NCBI GenBank assembly: GCA_051453625.1
Contig: JBOZIK010000001.1
Span: 42,897,092-42,939,385, forward strand
Reading direction: 5' to 3'
DNA: 42,294 bases
Source: Welwitschia mirabilis
Lineage: Eukaryota
The position numbers and the translations under genes are program-made. The number at the start of each line of letters is the position of its first letter. Positions within the stretch are counted from its first letter, which is position 1. Shown in pieces: positions 23,079 to 36,130 of the stretch. Under the pieces are notes generated by a model. That model was not told where the DNA came from. It did no database searches and saw nothing but the letters and a program-made list of their open reading frames with translations.

Positions 23079-24456
23079 TATTAGATTATATTTCCCAATT
23101 GATGTCAAATTAATTTCTTTTATGTAGTGTAAAAATGTTATATCTTATGTGCAGATGAGATTAAGTTTTGCAGGTGAAAGAATTGGACCAAAATGCACCA
23201 AATAAACTACTGAGTTATGTTAACCTCCAGTGGGGATCGATTGAATACTAAAGGAGTTGATCACATCTGAAGAAGTCACAATAAATGAACCAAACCCAAA
23301 AAAGTCGACTAAATTCTTATGAAGTTAACTAAACCTATAACTTCAAAAATCAATGTTCTTAGATCGAATGGCAAGGGATCGATTGTATTTTTATGTGGTC
23401 AACTAGATTTAAGAACCTGACAGATAGTAGTTTCAGACTGAGAGATAAGGGATTAACTGGACCTAAGATGGGGTCAACCAGACTAGGATCAATCGAATCC
23501 AAATGGGGTCGACTAGACTTAGAGATGTAAAAACTTGGGGTGACCAAAGTTTTCTCTTGTGTAACCTATGTAATTCACAGCACCATATGGAGTCTACCGG
23601 ATGACATAGAAAAGAAATTTATGTAAACATTATGTAGCTATTTCCTAGCCATTACTTAGCTGTTTAGAGCCATTGGAGGCATAATTCATTTGTAATAAAT
23701 CCTAATAGCTCCCAATTATAAATAGGTAGGAAATAGATGACCTAGATATCTTTTGGTACTATTGTATTTTGGCATAATCATTGTGGATCTGAAAGATAAA
23801 GTTATTTCTATTGATATATCATTGTATTGCTTCACATCTGATTGAGGAGATCTATCTTTAGCAAAAGAGCTTTACTCAGAATCAGATCTAAGAGCTTTAT
23901 CACTGTGATCTATTGAAGAAGAGCTTCATTTATTATACTACTACTGAACATGTGATATCTGAGCAATTAGAGCATCATCATTTCATCACATACATTGCTT
24001 ATAAAGGTTGAGACTTAGCCTACAAAATTTCATTGTTAAGATTGAGACTTAGCCTGCAAAAGTATGTTGTTAAGGTTACGACTTAGCCTGCAAAAGTCCA
24101 TCATTAAGGTTGAGACTTAGCTTGTAAAAGTCCGCTTGTAAGGGTTACAGGTAAATCTGGTAAAACCTATGGAGTTACAAAGATCCAAGATCAAGCTTAG
24201 AAGAAGCTGATTATCGAGAGTGGAGTAGGGGAGTTTCTGAACCACTATAAATCCTACATGCATCAAAATTAGTAGTTTGTGATTTTCTATCTTTTAATTC
24301 TTTTTTTACAGTTTTCCAATTTTGTATGTACATTCTTGATTCCATTATTTCTTATATGCAAACTGTGATTAAATAGTGTTAATTTTGTTTTGAGCATAAT
24401 TTTTAAGAAAGAACCTATTCATCCCCTTCCCCGCTCTAGGGTTCTTGATCCTATCA
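23079..24456 (+). repeat. Terminal 3' LTR4 (~1378 bp)
   Basis: TATTAG start; TATAAATA 23717-23724; ACCTATTCATCCCCTTCCCCGCTCTAG...CTATCA, followed by AATCT rather than a PBS. Confidence 0.92.
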
Positions 24457-25249
24457 AATCTAATATTGTCAAAGAGAATCTATTCAATTAAGAAGTTCTA
24501 AAGAAAGCACAATAAATCTTACAAAAAATAAATAAATCATATCTAAAAGGAAGCATAAATAAAAAGTATCATAAGGAAAAAAATCTTGAAAAAGAAATTA
24601 ATAAAAGGAACTATATTAGGGTAAAAATTGTCAGTAGGAACCTTTAATAATGTATCTTCTCTTCTAGTTAACTACACCATAAGAAATATTTATTACTCTA
24701 AGTAGGACCCTATCTATTAGTAGTGGTTACACTAATGTATAATTATCTTGTAAATTTCTTATATAAAAATCAAAAGATAAACTTAATTATTACTTATTAA
24801 TGGAAAAAAGAAAAGAAAAAAAGGTAATGAAGTAATGAAAATTGAAAGATTCTTTCATAACTATCTTAAGAAGTCTACAATTAAATTGAGAATTAGTGAA
24901 AAACTTAAGACTTATTAACAAATAAATAATAAACTATAATTAATATTTACTAAATAATTTTATTTAATTTATATATATTTCACTAATTATTATTATTATT
25001 ATTACACTGAAAAATAAGAGAGAGAAAAATGATATAATAAATCTTAAAAGCATAGGATTTATTTAATAAAATTTTAATAGAATAACAACGAACAATATTA
25101 TCAAAGTTATTTTCTTCAAATAAAATTTACTTAATCTAAGATTAAATTCAAAATGTAATATTAGAGACTTACAAAAATCCTAAGTCATTTTAATAAATAT
25201 TTCTTTTTCTTGAAGTTTGAATAATTATCTAAAAACTAATCTCAATGAT

Positions 25250-25640
25250 AAACATCTTACTAATTTATGTTTCTTCTTCTAAATGAGTTAGTTCTTTTAT
25301 ATTCTTTTCATGCTATTTCTAGTGGAATAGATAATGATAAGACTTATTATTTAAATATATTTTACTATTGTTTAGATTTATCTTGATACCCATTAAAATT
25401 AAATAAATTTTTTTCTCAATTGACTCAATTAAATATGAAAACTAACTAATGGAATCTAAAACATTATCTAGCTTTACTTTTCTAGACTAACCATTTCCTT
25501 CTTTTCAAGCTTGAAATTATAGAATTTGCTATGTTGATAGAAGTACTTATTAATTAGTATGTTAGTCTCTTTTCATTCTTATTACTTAATCTATTAGTTT
25601 CATCTTCCTAAAGAAATCCAATTATTTAAAAGCTGTTGAC
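25250..25640 (-). pseudogene. Possible highly decayed Ty3/gypsy gag remnant
   Basis: Minus-strand fragments (INKYF, FYNFKLEKKE, FNGYQDKSK, PLEIA*KEYK) fall in the order expected for Athila-type gag; similarity is weak and by eye. Confidence 0.3.
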
Positions 25641-26674
25641 TTTTAGAATTGGAGTTTGGTGAGATCTCTATGAAAGCCATAATAAATCCATCTAATTTCT
25701 AAAAATGAAGTTTATATTATTCTTTCTTATCCCTTATATCCATTGTTGTTAGTAGAATTTTGTATTTAAGCTTAAAAAGAAAATAAGAATATGATCTTTA
25801 AGTAATGAGACATTGTGAATGAGCTAGAATGATTTGTAAGGTGTTAGGAAAAATGGCACATATAAGATAAGTAAAGTAAGAATTAAATAGTTACTTATAT
25901 ATGAATAAACTAGATATGACCAAGGAATTTTGGATATAATTTGAAAGAGAGATTTATGAAATTAGTTAAGAATCTAGAAAACTTCTAAAATATTCTTGAT
26001 AATTAATTTAGTATTCCATAAAATTAGAACAATTATGGGGTTCCCTTATGATATACTTCTTCAAACTAACATATAAGTTAGGTTTTAATTATAATAACTT
26101 CTAATTATAAATATATTGATTATTATAGAACCTTATTCACCAAATTTAAAATTACAACTTAAAATGTATTTATAGAGAAACTAGTATCACAGTACAAAAG
26201 GGGATTTACCTTGAAAATTAAAGGCATGGATTAGACTCATTTAGTAGTTAAGTTTTAATAAAATTTAATCTTTAACATATACCCATTGAATAAATTCATT
26301 CACCCTTCAAAAAATCTTCTTCTCTTGAAAATTATCTTCTAAAAGAAACTTATTTAGCAAAGAACCCATATAATTCTCTATCAAATCTCTTACTTTTAAA
26401 ATGAAAAACTTAAGTTATATTATCATCTATATTTTTCAGCAAATATATAATTTAAAAAATAATTAATTTATATTATTTTTATTTTCCCTTTTGATAATGT
26501 TATTGATTAGTAAATGTGGTTTTTGATGGTTTCATCGATATGAAGGAAATTGAGAATAAATTAATAAAATCACTTGGTATCAAATTTTATAAATTTATAA
26601 TTTTAACAAATCATTAGTACTACTACTTTAATATGTATCTTTTATGAGGTCATCAAAAATTTAAAAGGAGAGGG

Positions 26675-26786
26675 TAGATTAAATATTAAATTACACTTTA
26701 CCCTTAGATTTTTAAAAATTAAAAAGTTAAAAGAAGATGATAGATTAACTATTAAGTTATACTTTACCCTTAGATTTTGAAAAATT
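26675..26786 (+). repeat. 46-bp direct repeat pair, with a partial inverted copy at 27151-27165 (MITE/foldback-like)
   Basis: tagattaaatattaaattacactttacccttagatttttaaaaatt (26675-26720) versus tagattaactattaagttatactttacccttagattttgaaaaatt (26741-26786); cttaaaggtaaagta downstream. Confidence 0.6.
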
Positions 26787-27004
26787 GCACACCTTAAACT
26801 CTATTCAAAAGCTTTCAAAACATTTCATTTTTAATTTAGATTTTTAAAATTTCTTATCCTTGTATGTATGTGCAAAAACATCACTAGATAAGAATACTTC
26901 TTTTATTCTAGAGTTAAGGTCTAATGAAAGCTAATTAAAATAACTCTAGAATAATTTCATTTGACTTCTAGAATAAATTAAAATCAATTACATTTAGCTT
27001 TAAA

Positions 27005-27014
27005 NNNNNNNNNN
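27005..27014. other. Assembly gap (10 N)
   Basis: N run; an A18 tract lies nearby at 27041-27058. Confidence 0.99.
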
Positions 27015-30000
27015 TATTCCTTTTATGATAATAAAATACCAAAAAAAAAAAAAAAAAATTGGTTTGAAAGATGTGATTTAGTTAAAAATAATATAGATTA
27101 GGCTAAAATAAATTCAATCAAGAAAATTCAAAATCAGATGATTAATAAAACTTAAAGGTAAAGTATTGATAAAAAAGAAAAAGATTTGGAAGTTAGTTAT
27201 AAAGTCCCTCATAACCTTCAATTAATTAGATCTTTTACCTATGAAATATGAATTTATGACAATATTAATAAATGTTAAATTACAAATTTAAAAAAATTAT
27301 AGTATTAGAAAATATAGTGTCCTTTGTAAAAATGTTTTATGCTAAAAATTTATAAGCTCTTAATATATTTATTTATTTGAAATTATTTTATTTCATGGAT
27401 CACGTTTGTTAATTAGTTCTCAGAAGAAAGTAATCATTAAAGAACTTCTAAGTCTTTATTATAATGTTTGCTCCTAAGATGATAACTTTTTTAACCAATT
27501 TGAAGGAAATTTACCTAATAGGAAATTCTTAAATTGTCTCCTAAATATTATTCCTCCATAATGTATAGTCAAGGATAACAACAAAAATATATAACAAGAT
27601 TTTAACTTAGAAGTAATGATAGAGCTTAAATTTTGAATAAAATAAGGTATTAATAGTCAATATTTTACATTCCTTTTTAAACTTTAATATTGCATTAATA
27701 GGTATTTTTTACTTTTTAGATGACACATATCCTAGACATTTAATGAGCTCAAAATGATGCATTGTGATCTAATTTGAGGCTCTTCATAATACTTGCGATC
27801 AAAAGATTAAGATGGAGGATGAAAATGTAGATCACAGATGACTATTTTAACGTTACGGTTTTATAGATGATTCATAGTCCTTTTCTATTACCATATATTA
27901 TTCTCTTATTAATGAAATGATTCCAACTCATTTTAATATTGGGTGCATAACATTGAATGACATCAAAGCTTTTTACGACATTAGTACCGTGGAAAATTTT
28001 ATTTAAAAAAGCATAGTTTATCTATTTCTAGTCATTTTTAAATTAAATTTGATAAATTCATATATTGTAAGACTTAAAGGATGAAATTAAATTAAGTTTT
28101 ATTTTTGGAGTTTGGTAGTTATGTATGAAACTACTTGTGGCACTATAACATCAATTCCAAGAGTAAAATGGCATTATAGCACCATGTGACAATTTTATAA
28201 AATAAGACATGAAACACATCTAAATTAGAGGTGGTTTTAGGAACTCCTTAGCTTGAAACCAATATTTGAGTAACTATAAAGACTCTCCTTAATGCTCATA
28301 CCATCATCATCTCATTGTTATACAATTATTATGCCCTTTTTTACATTCACAAGTGTTGGAAGGATATGTTCTATTCATTTTCTCTAATTTTTATTGAATT
28401 CTAAGTCCATCTTCTCTCTATATCAACTTTGAAAACCTTCTACATTTCTTATTCTCATCTTTGTTTCTATTAAAAACTATTCTTAGCCTCATAAACCTTT
28501 TCATATCCCATTTTACATTATCTTTTCTTTCATTTCCATTTAACTAAAAGGCATTATAGGGATGGTAAAGTACACATGATCGAGTGGTGTAAAAGGAGGG
28601 GAAAGCATCAAATATTGTAATTAATTGAATGGAGGACTAATGGAAATGGTCTTCCATTAATTTGAAATCAATAAGTGCTCCTTTTATATATGTTTTTCAT
28701 GCTTTTTATCACTTTATTTATTCATTTTTATCATGTTTTTCTTTCAATATAACTAGACTTTTTCTAGTTGGTAGCATAAATAGTGCTAATTAAGTTATAG
28801 AATAATTAGTACCTTTTATGGAAATTTGAGGTTTTTGTATATTTGCTAACTCCTTACCAAAATAAATCATGTGTTTTATTTTTATTCTCTCTTCTTTGCT
28901 TAATTTTTTTTTTCATTTCCTAGTACATTTCTCATTATTTCACTTTTTTTCTAAAGTAATTAATACTAATTTTTTATTCTCTCCTCTTCAATAGCCATAG
29001 CATGATCTGAAAATATGTTATTTATGCTTTTATAAGATCATAATTATTCTTTTTTGTAATATTTATTTTCTCTTCTTCCTTCTTTCTTAAAATCAAAGTG
29101 GAATAGTTAATTTTAGAGCTTATTTCAGATCTTGTTTCAACCATAATGTTTTCTATGCAACTCTTATGATTCTAAAATTTTTTAATAGGTTACTCTTATC
29201 ATTTATAAATATTCTTACGTAAAGTGGTAGAATCCAAATTTGGCCTCTAAAATCCATTTTCTAGCCATTTTCAATTCTAGTTACAATTTTACTTGGAAAA
29301 CTTTCTCAACTGTCAAATATTTTTTTTTAAATTTTGCATAGTGATTTACTTACCCATTTTTAATGCATTTTTTAAAATCTTAGATTCTATCTTTCATTAT
29401 TTTTTAATAATTTTAGAATATGGAATCCATTGTTTCTCAAGTTTTATAGTTTGTTTAATATTCTCAGTCAAATTAGAATTGATTGTAATTTTTTGTAGTT
29501 TTTCTAGATGAATTGTTTTGGATTGATTACAATTGATTCTACTTAATCTTAAATATTTATTTTAAGAAACTTGTTTTATCATATATTATAAGTCCTTTAT
29601 GAGTTCTAAAATTTTCTAATTTTATTTCTTTGAATTTTCTCTCCCTTTTCTTTTTTCCCCTTTATTACTTCTTATTTTATTAGTTAAAATAACTCAAAAC
29701 TAACTAGGATAACTTTGATTTAATGAATAATATTATGCTAGTTTTTATCAATTTCCTATTGATAATAATTCTAATTTTGATGTTTCAATGCTTTTATAAT
29801 TCATTCTATGCTCAAGTAAAGAGTTATCTTCCAAGTCAAATATATTGTGATTTAGTAAAAATCATATTTCTATCAAACCGTTTGCCTAATCGATTTCAAG
29901 AATCGAGATTTAGAAGTGTTATGTTTTGATTTTAAATTAATGTATATTTTGCATATAATGGATTATAATGTTTTAATTACCTAATTACCTCCATTTAATA

Positions 30001-32687
30001 TGAATTAAATAAGTCAACTTTTCAAGTAAAATTATTTTTACATATGAAAATGACTTGGATAAATTTAAATGTTTAAACTCCTTTGCTATTTCAAGTTAAT
30101 TATGAATAATCTTTAGAATCTTTTGAATGTTCATGAAAGGTTACTTCATCTTATTTAATTATATTTCTATTTTCACTTCTTGTAAAATTATGCTTTTACA
30201 TGTCATTTTTTATGATTATTTTATGTCATGTGTTTTAAATTAGTTTTATGTCACTTAAGACAAATGGTTATTTTATTATATGAAGTGATAGGTTAATAAG
30301 GAAATTTTAGTTTCCCATTGGTTTGATACTTATGTGATTTCACTATATTTGGAATTTGACTTGGAAGATTTCTTTTGAATACAATTTGAACTTTTTATGC
30401 TTAATTTTTTAAAATTAACTTATTATGTTAAGTATACATTTACTTTTGTAGAGGCTAAGAACATGATCTGCTTGTTTTAAAAATTGAATTGTTACTTTTT
30501 TTAATGAAAAATCACTAATTAAGAGGTAAATTATTTCCAATAAATTTATTATCTAGAAGATCTTAGATCCTCTAATAGAGCTACAAGTGAAATCTAATTA
30601 CTAATGGATAAGGGAAAAAGCATACTTGAACCATGAGAAAGTTTTTAGAAGAAGAATTATTAAGGTTATAACGTAGAATTAAGTTGTTTAGGTAGGAATT
30701 TACAAGCCAAAAAGGTATTTGAAATATGTTAAATAATAAAATACAAACTGTAGTTCATTAAGTTTTCCTATTCTATTTTATTTTGATTAATAATGTATTA
30801 TTAGATATAGAAATATTACTTGCTACTTTACTTCAAAACCTATAAAAGAGCCACAAAAAAATTTAGAAAAGTAATAATAGTAAAAAATTAAAAAAAAGTT
30901 ATAAAATAGTAGATTGATGATTATTAAATAGTATTAATGTTACATTAATAAGTGTTTAAAACGTTTTGGATGATAGTACATTTACTACAACTATCATTTA
31001 ATAATCACTCCTTATATTTCTTCGACCTTCTTTTTGATGCAATCATTGATAAGGATAAGTATTTTAAACAAGATCATCAATATAGAAAATCTATAAGAAA
31101 AGGAAAGAAGAAGCAAAGAATAAGGATGAGAGGACACACAGAACATCTTATTAAAGAACTTTAATAAGTCAAGGGAGAATCATTGATATTAATTGTCATG
31201 GTCATTAAAATTTAATTTGCACATTTCTTACATGATAATAATTAGTACTTTTATTTTATAAAAGCACTAGAAAAATAATTTAGGCTAAAGTTAGTTTTAA
31301 CAAGTAAATATAGGAATTAAGAAATAACCAATAAAGTAGAAAATTATAATGATTTTAAATAAAATAAAAAAATTTAATGAGAAAATCATGAAGTTCAAAA
31401 TATTAATGTTCCACCATTTACATGCTATGAAAAGAAGTTTTAAAATAAAATTTACCACTTATTTTTTCATTTCTAATAATATTACTCTATGAAACCATTA
31501 AAAGATTTTTACTAAATTTCTTCTTGAAAAAATGGCATTCATAATAGGAAGTAGTCCAATGAGTAATTAAATGTTTATCCTTTATCTCATAATTTTTATA
31601 AAATTTTTGATGACATGAAAAATCTTAAGTTTAAGAATGTGATAAATGATATAATATATTACTAATTGATATATCTTTGAAATTTTTATTATCATTTAAT
31701 AGTAAAAGGAAAAATGAATATTATAAATGTATATGTAGAATTTTGGTATTCTAATACTTGTAAAATAGTAAATGAATAATAAGGAAGAAGTATCTCAATG
31801 AATTAAGGATAAGACAAGTGATGCAAAGAAGGGATTACATAAAGAAGATAAGTGTTCATTCAAAAAGAAGTTAAAAAAGTGATTAAGAAGGATAATGGCT
31901 CTTAACTAATTTTGAAATCTTAAAGAAGTATTAATATACAAGTATCATCCCTTAATTCTATTACAACAGCAAACATGTAATCCTTTTATAGCTATATAAA
32001 GAAATATAAATAGCAAAGACCTCATAATAAAAAGAATCTTCTTAGGCTTATTAACTTTAAAAATAGAAGGAACTTCTTCAAATAGAATAAGGGTAAAGAC
32101 TAACAGTTAACTAGGCTTGGAATCTCTATTCTTATTCATCTATTTCAAAAATGAATACAAATTTTTTCCCCATGTATTAATTTTTAATACATTTTTCTTA
32201 GTTACTTGATCTAATAATATTATAATGTACTACTTATTTTAAGATATAGAAATAAAATCCTATTCTTTCATTTTTCATTTATTTGGTTAACCTATTCTAA
32301 ATTTATTGATAGAATTTTTAACATTTAAAAATAAATATTATACAATAATTTTAATATAGAATTAATCTTAGAAATCATTGTGTTTTACAAACATTTTTTA
32401 AGATTACTAATATTCAAAATTCTTGTATTAGAAATATCATATTAAATCCTCAACTAAATTTTAAATGAATTTTTCTCACTATATTATGAAAAGTATATAC
32501 TTGTAATTATGCTTAGCTTTAGATTATAGTAGAATCAAAATAAATTTTAATGATAGAATTAGGTGTACAACATAAAAAACTATAGTTAATTAATACAACT
32601 ATAAGTCTTTTAATAGCAATGTTATAGGGATTACTTATTCTACTATAGTTGCATCATTTCACGCCATTGCCAAGGAACAAATACTTT

Positions 32688-32688
<1 letters not shown>

Positions 32689-32754
<66 letters not shown>
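32689..32754. repeat. Compound microsatellite (GT)12(AT)21
   Basis: Read directly from the sequence. Confidence 0.97.
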
Positions 32755-32760
<6 letters not shown>

Positions 32761-34535
32761 TAGATTTTGTAAAGATCTACAAAATATGAAGAATTCATGT
32801 CCACTTATAATACATTCACATATGTTAAAATTAAAGATTAAGTTTTAAGAATAGATGTTTATACCATTGAAATGAGGATATAGTATTAAGTTAAAACTAA
32901 ACTTTTATAATATCAAACAAAGTTAGAAAGACTACAGCTTTGATGAATATGGACTCAACCTCAAATGCATCTTGAGGAATAATACCATTTTGGGAAGATG
33001 ATGGAAGTTATATTGTATTATTCATGGGTTATTTTAGTAAATAATAAAATGTAGCTCTTTAAATGAAATAGTTTTATCAATTAAAAAAAGATTAAAAATA
33101 TTAATTTAACCCTCTTACCAACCTTTAAAGAAAAGAAAAATAACAAAGATATTCTATAGTTTGATCTTTATCATTCTTTTTATAAGGCTGATTACTTAGA
33201 AATAAACAATAAGAAACTAAGATTCTATATAGGGATATGATTTAATATGATATTACCAAATTTGCTATGGAATTTTTACTACTTGAATAGAATTATAAAG
33301 TTATTTTTTATAAGAATATTGATTAAAAAGTATCATTGAAGATTTAAGAGAAAATCCAATGCAACATTGGATGAACTCTATAATAGTATCAAACTTTGTT
33401 TGGAAAATATTCTAATCATGAAATAGAAGTTAGGAAAGAGTTATAGCTTTTCTTAAAGAAGTTAATAGACTAACCATTAAAAAAACAGATATGTTATGTA
33501 GAGGAATATTAAAAATTAAAGCTTTTATATCATCAGTAAAAATATTATAACACTTTAACAAATGAATCAAGGTTGGAACAATAAATAAAATGAAATTTTC
33601 AAGGGAAAAAGATAAAATTCTGTGTAGTATAAGAAAATGAAGAGTTTATCCTAGCTAAAAGATAAGACAAGTGTTACAAATTAGATTCTTCATAAACATG
33701 TTATCACCAAGAGGATCATGATAAACTTAGCTATCCTTATTTAGAAAAGTTATTTGTAAAATGGTAAGACATTAATATACTTAACTTAACAATTACTAAA
33801 GAAAAATTTTAAAGAAAAACTAATCCTAATATTTCTTAACAACATTAAAATAAAACTTAGGGAAGACCTAAAAACTCTTTATAGTAGTATGTGACTAAAA
33901 ACACATAATAAAGAAATGAATTTTATAAAAATTAAAGGAGTAAGCTTGATAAAGATAAGATTAGATAATTAGAAAAAAAAAAAGGAAGGATAAAAACCCT
34001 AAAATATCATCTAATTAAGCTTACTCAAACCCACAAACATTATGAAAAAGTCTTGATGTCATAGAAATAAGATCAAGAAAATCTCTTACTGATGATTAGA
34101 TATTGAGAAAGAGAGATAAGTCATTTAAAGAAAACTCACCAAGATGTTTAAGTAGATTTTGTCTTAGAAGAATTCAAAAATGAAATTAGATTTAAGCTTA
34201 TTTATCCAATGGGATTTGATGTTGAATGCAATAAAAATCAAAATAAAAATTTGACTCAATCTATGGTAAAAAATTATAAAAACGTTTTAAGAGCTACATA
34301 TATGTATGCCATTAATAGGCTTCCTTAAGAAAGTTTAAAGGTATGTGAAGGTTGTTAAATAATTACATAGCAGACCTGTAAAGCATCTTAGTAATAAAGA
34401 CATAAAACAAATAACAATTAAAAGATGAAAAATTATCATTGATATCTACTACTGTAAATAATGAATTAGCCAAGCAAAAATATTGAGACTTAGAAACCCT
34501 ATAAATAGAAATAAGAATAAAAATGAAAAAAATTA

Positions 34536-34800
34536 GCTTTAATTAATTTAAAAGCAAGCATAGATTTTATTTCTTATAAGGTATATGAAACTTTAGATAA
34601 ACTTAAATTAGAATTCTATGATAAAAATCTAGTATTAGGAGATAAATCTACTACTACTACCAATGAAATTCTAAAGGATATTACAAGGATTTACTTATGT
34701 GATTGATCTTGTTATTTTCAAAACAAAACATTAATCTATAAAACATATTATTATTTTAAGAAGACTTTTAATGGCCACTACAGATGTAACTTTATTTACT
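34536..34800 (+). pseudogene. Gypsy aspartic protease remnant (relic A)
   Basis: ALINLKASIDFISYKVYETL...LVLGDKS...ILKDI...LRRLLMATTD corresponds to the ALxDLGASINLMP...LQLADRS...LGRPFLAT pattern. Confidence 0.6.
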
Positions 34801-35298
34801 AGAAAAGGGATAATGTAAATTTTTATGAAATACTTTAAAAAGCCTTTAGTAGTTTCAAAGCAAGTAGAATTATTAACTTTAGAGACTATAGAACATTCAA
34901 CCATAGAATATAAAATTTAATATTTCTTATAAAATGAAGAAAAACAATGTTTAGAGAATAAAACTTTATATTAAAGAAGTAAAAAATTTTTAATGAAATA
35001 GAAATAAAAAAGACCTATTTTATAATTGGGATCAGAATATTTCAATGTGAAAAACGTTAAACCATTAATCATAAATAGTGAATTAACCTATGTGTAAAAC
35101 ATGAAGCTTAGAAAAACATTAAAAATACATATAAAATCTTTATCTTAGACACATATAAATACAAAGAGTATTCTAGCCAAGGTATATTAGCACAAGATTT
35201 ATTTATACCTCTTAATTAAATTTCTAAGATAATCTAAAAGAAGAGGCAACTCCAAGATGTAAAACATTAAAAACATAAAAATAAAAAATGTAAGATCT

Positions 35299-36130
35299 AT
35301 TTATCCTATTTCAAACTCTAAATCAATAAGTCCTGTATCAGTTGTTCCTAAAAAGGGAGAGAAATGGAAAGTATGCCTTGAATTTAGAATGTTAGATTTT
35401 ACAATCCATAAAGATCATTTTCTTTTACCTTTTTGTAGGTCAACTATTAGATAAAATTTCTAGTCATGCATATTATAGTTTTTTTAGATGGATCTAATGG
35501 TTATGATCAAATACTCATAACACCTAGAAACTAGGAAAAGATAATGTTTACTTATAATTAAGTAACAATTATTACAAAGTTTTAGCATTTGAATTGTGTA
35601 ATGCTCTTGTTGTCATTTGAAGATTGATTTATTACATCTTATAGGATATGTTAGAAAATTTAATGCAAGTATTTATCAATGATTTTTGAAATTATAAAAA
35701 TAATTTTAATAAGTCACTTAATAAGTTGGAAAACATATTATAAAAATATGAAGAAAGGAAGTTGAAATTAAGTTAGTCCAAAAGTTTCATGATGGTAAGG
35801 GAAGAAATCATTCTAGATCACAAAATTCATAAAAATAAGATTAAAAAAGATGGAAATAAAATTAAAATTATAAGAACTAAGGTCTTCATTAGGTCATGTT
35901 GGAAATTATCAAAGATTCATAGAAAATTTTACTAAGATAGCCAATTCATTAAACACATTGCTATAAAACAATGTAATATTTAATTAGATAAAAGAACACT
36001 AAAAATCCTTGAAAGAACTTAATAAAAACCTAATAGAAACATTCATTCTACAATAACTAAAAACCTTTCATATCATAATAAATGCTTTATGATTTAGCAT
36101 AGGAGAAGTTTTAAGATAAAAACATGATAA
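35299..36130 (+). pseudogene. pol: Gypsy reverse transcriptase and RNase H-linker remnant (relic A)
   Basis: IYPISNSKSISPVSVVPKKG, WKVCLEFR, KDHFLLPF, FLDGSNGYDQI, FELCNA, MQVFINDF (decayed YxDD), SLGHVGNYQRFIENFTKIANSL. Confidence 0.85.

Larger units (their letters stand above)
1..24456 (+). mobile_element. Tandem array of a non-autonomous Sirevirus-type Ty1/copia LTR retrotransposon with shared LTRs (at least 4 units, ~5.8 kb period; continues upstream of the window)
   Basis: The order PBS - gag/PR - env-like ORF - PPT cluster - LTR recurs four times. Every LTR ends ...TATCA and is followed by TT+PBS (26, 6403, 12835, 18715), except the last (24456), which abuts unrelated DNA. Sirevirus hallmarks are present: CTATTCACCCCCC..TCTAG at the LTR end, multiple AAAGGGGGAG PPTs and GGTCGACC repeats. 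Confidence 0.93.

Noticed and set aside
24630-24720. Possible minus-strand gypsy integrase C-terminal (GPY/F) remnant
   Set aside because: Needs several frameshifts to read; similarity too weak to support by eye.
27041-27058. A18 tract as a LINE/SINE tail
   Set aside because: No recognisable SINE/LINE body or TSD; adjacent to a gap.
28660-30560. Possible Athila-like solo LTR starting near caataagtgc, plus ORFs 29293-29511 and 29723-29929
   Set aside because: Composition is LTR-like, but I could not fix TG..CA termini, a PBS, a PPT or a TSD. The ORFs are low-complexity F/I/L-rich products of T-rich DNA.
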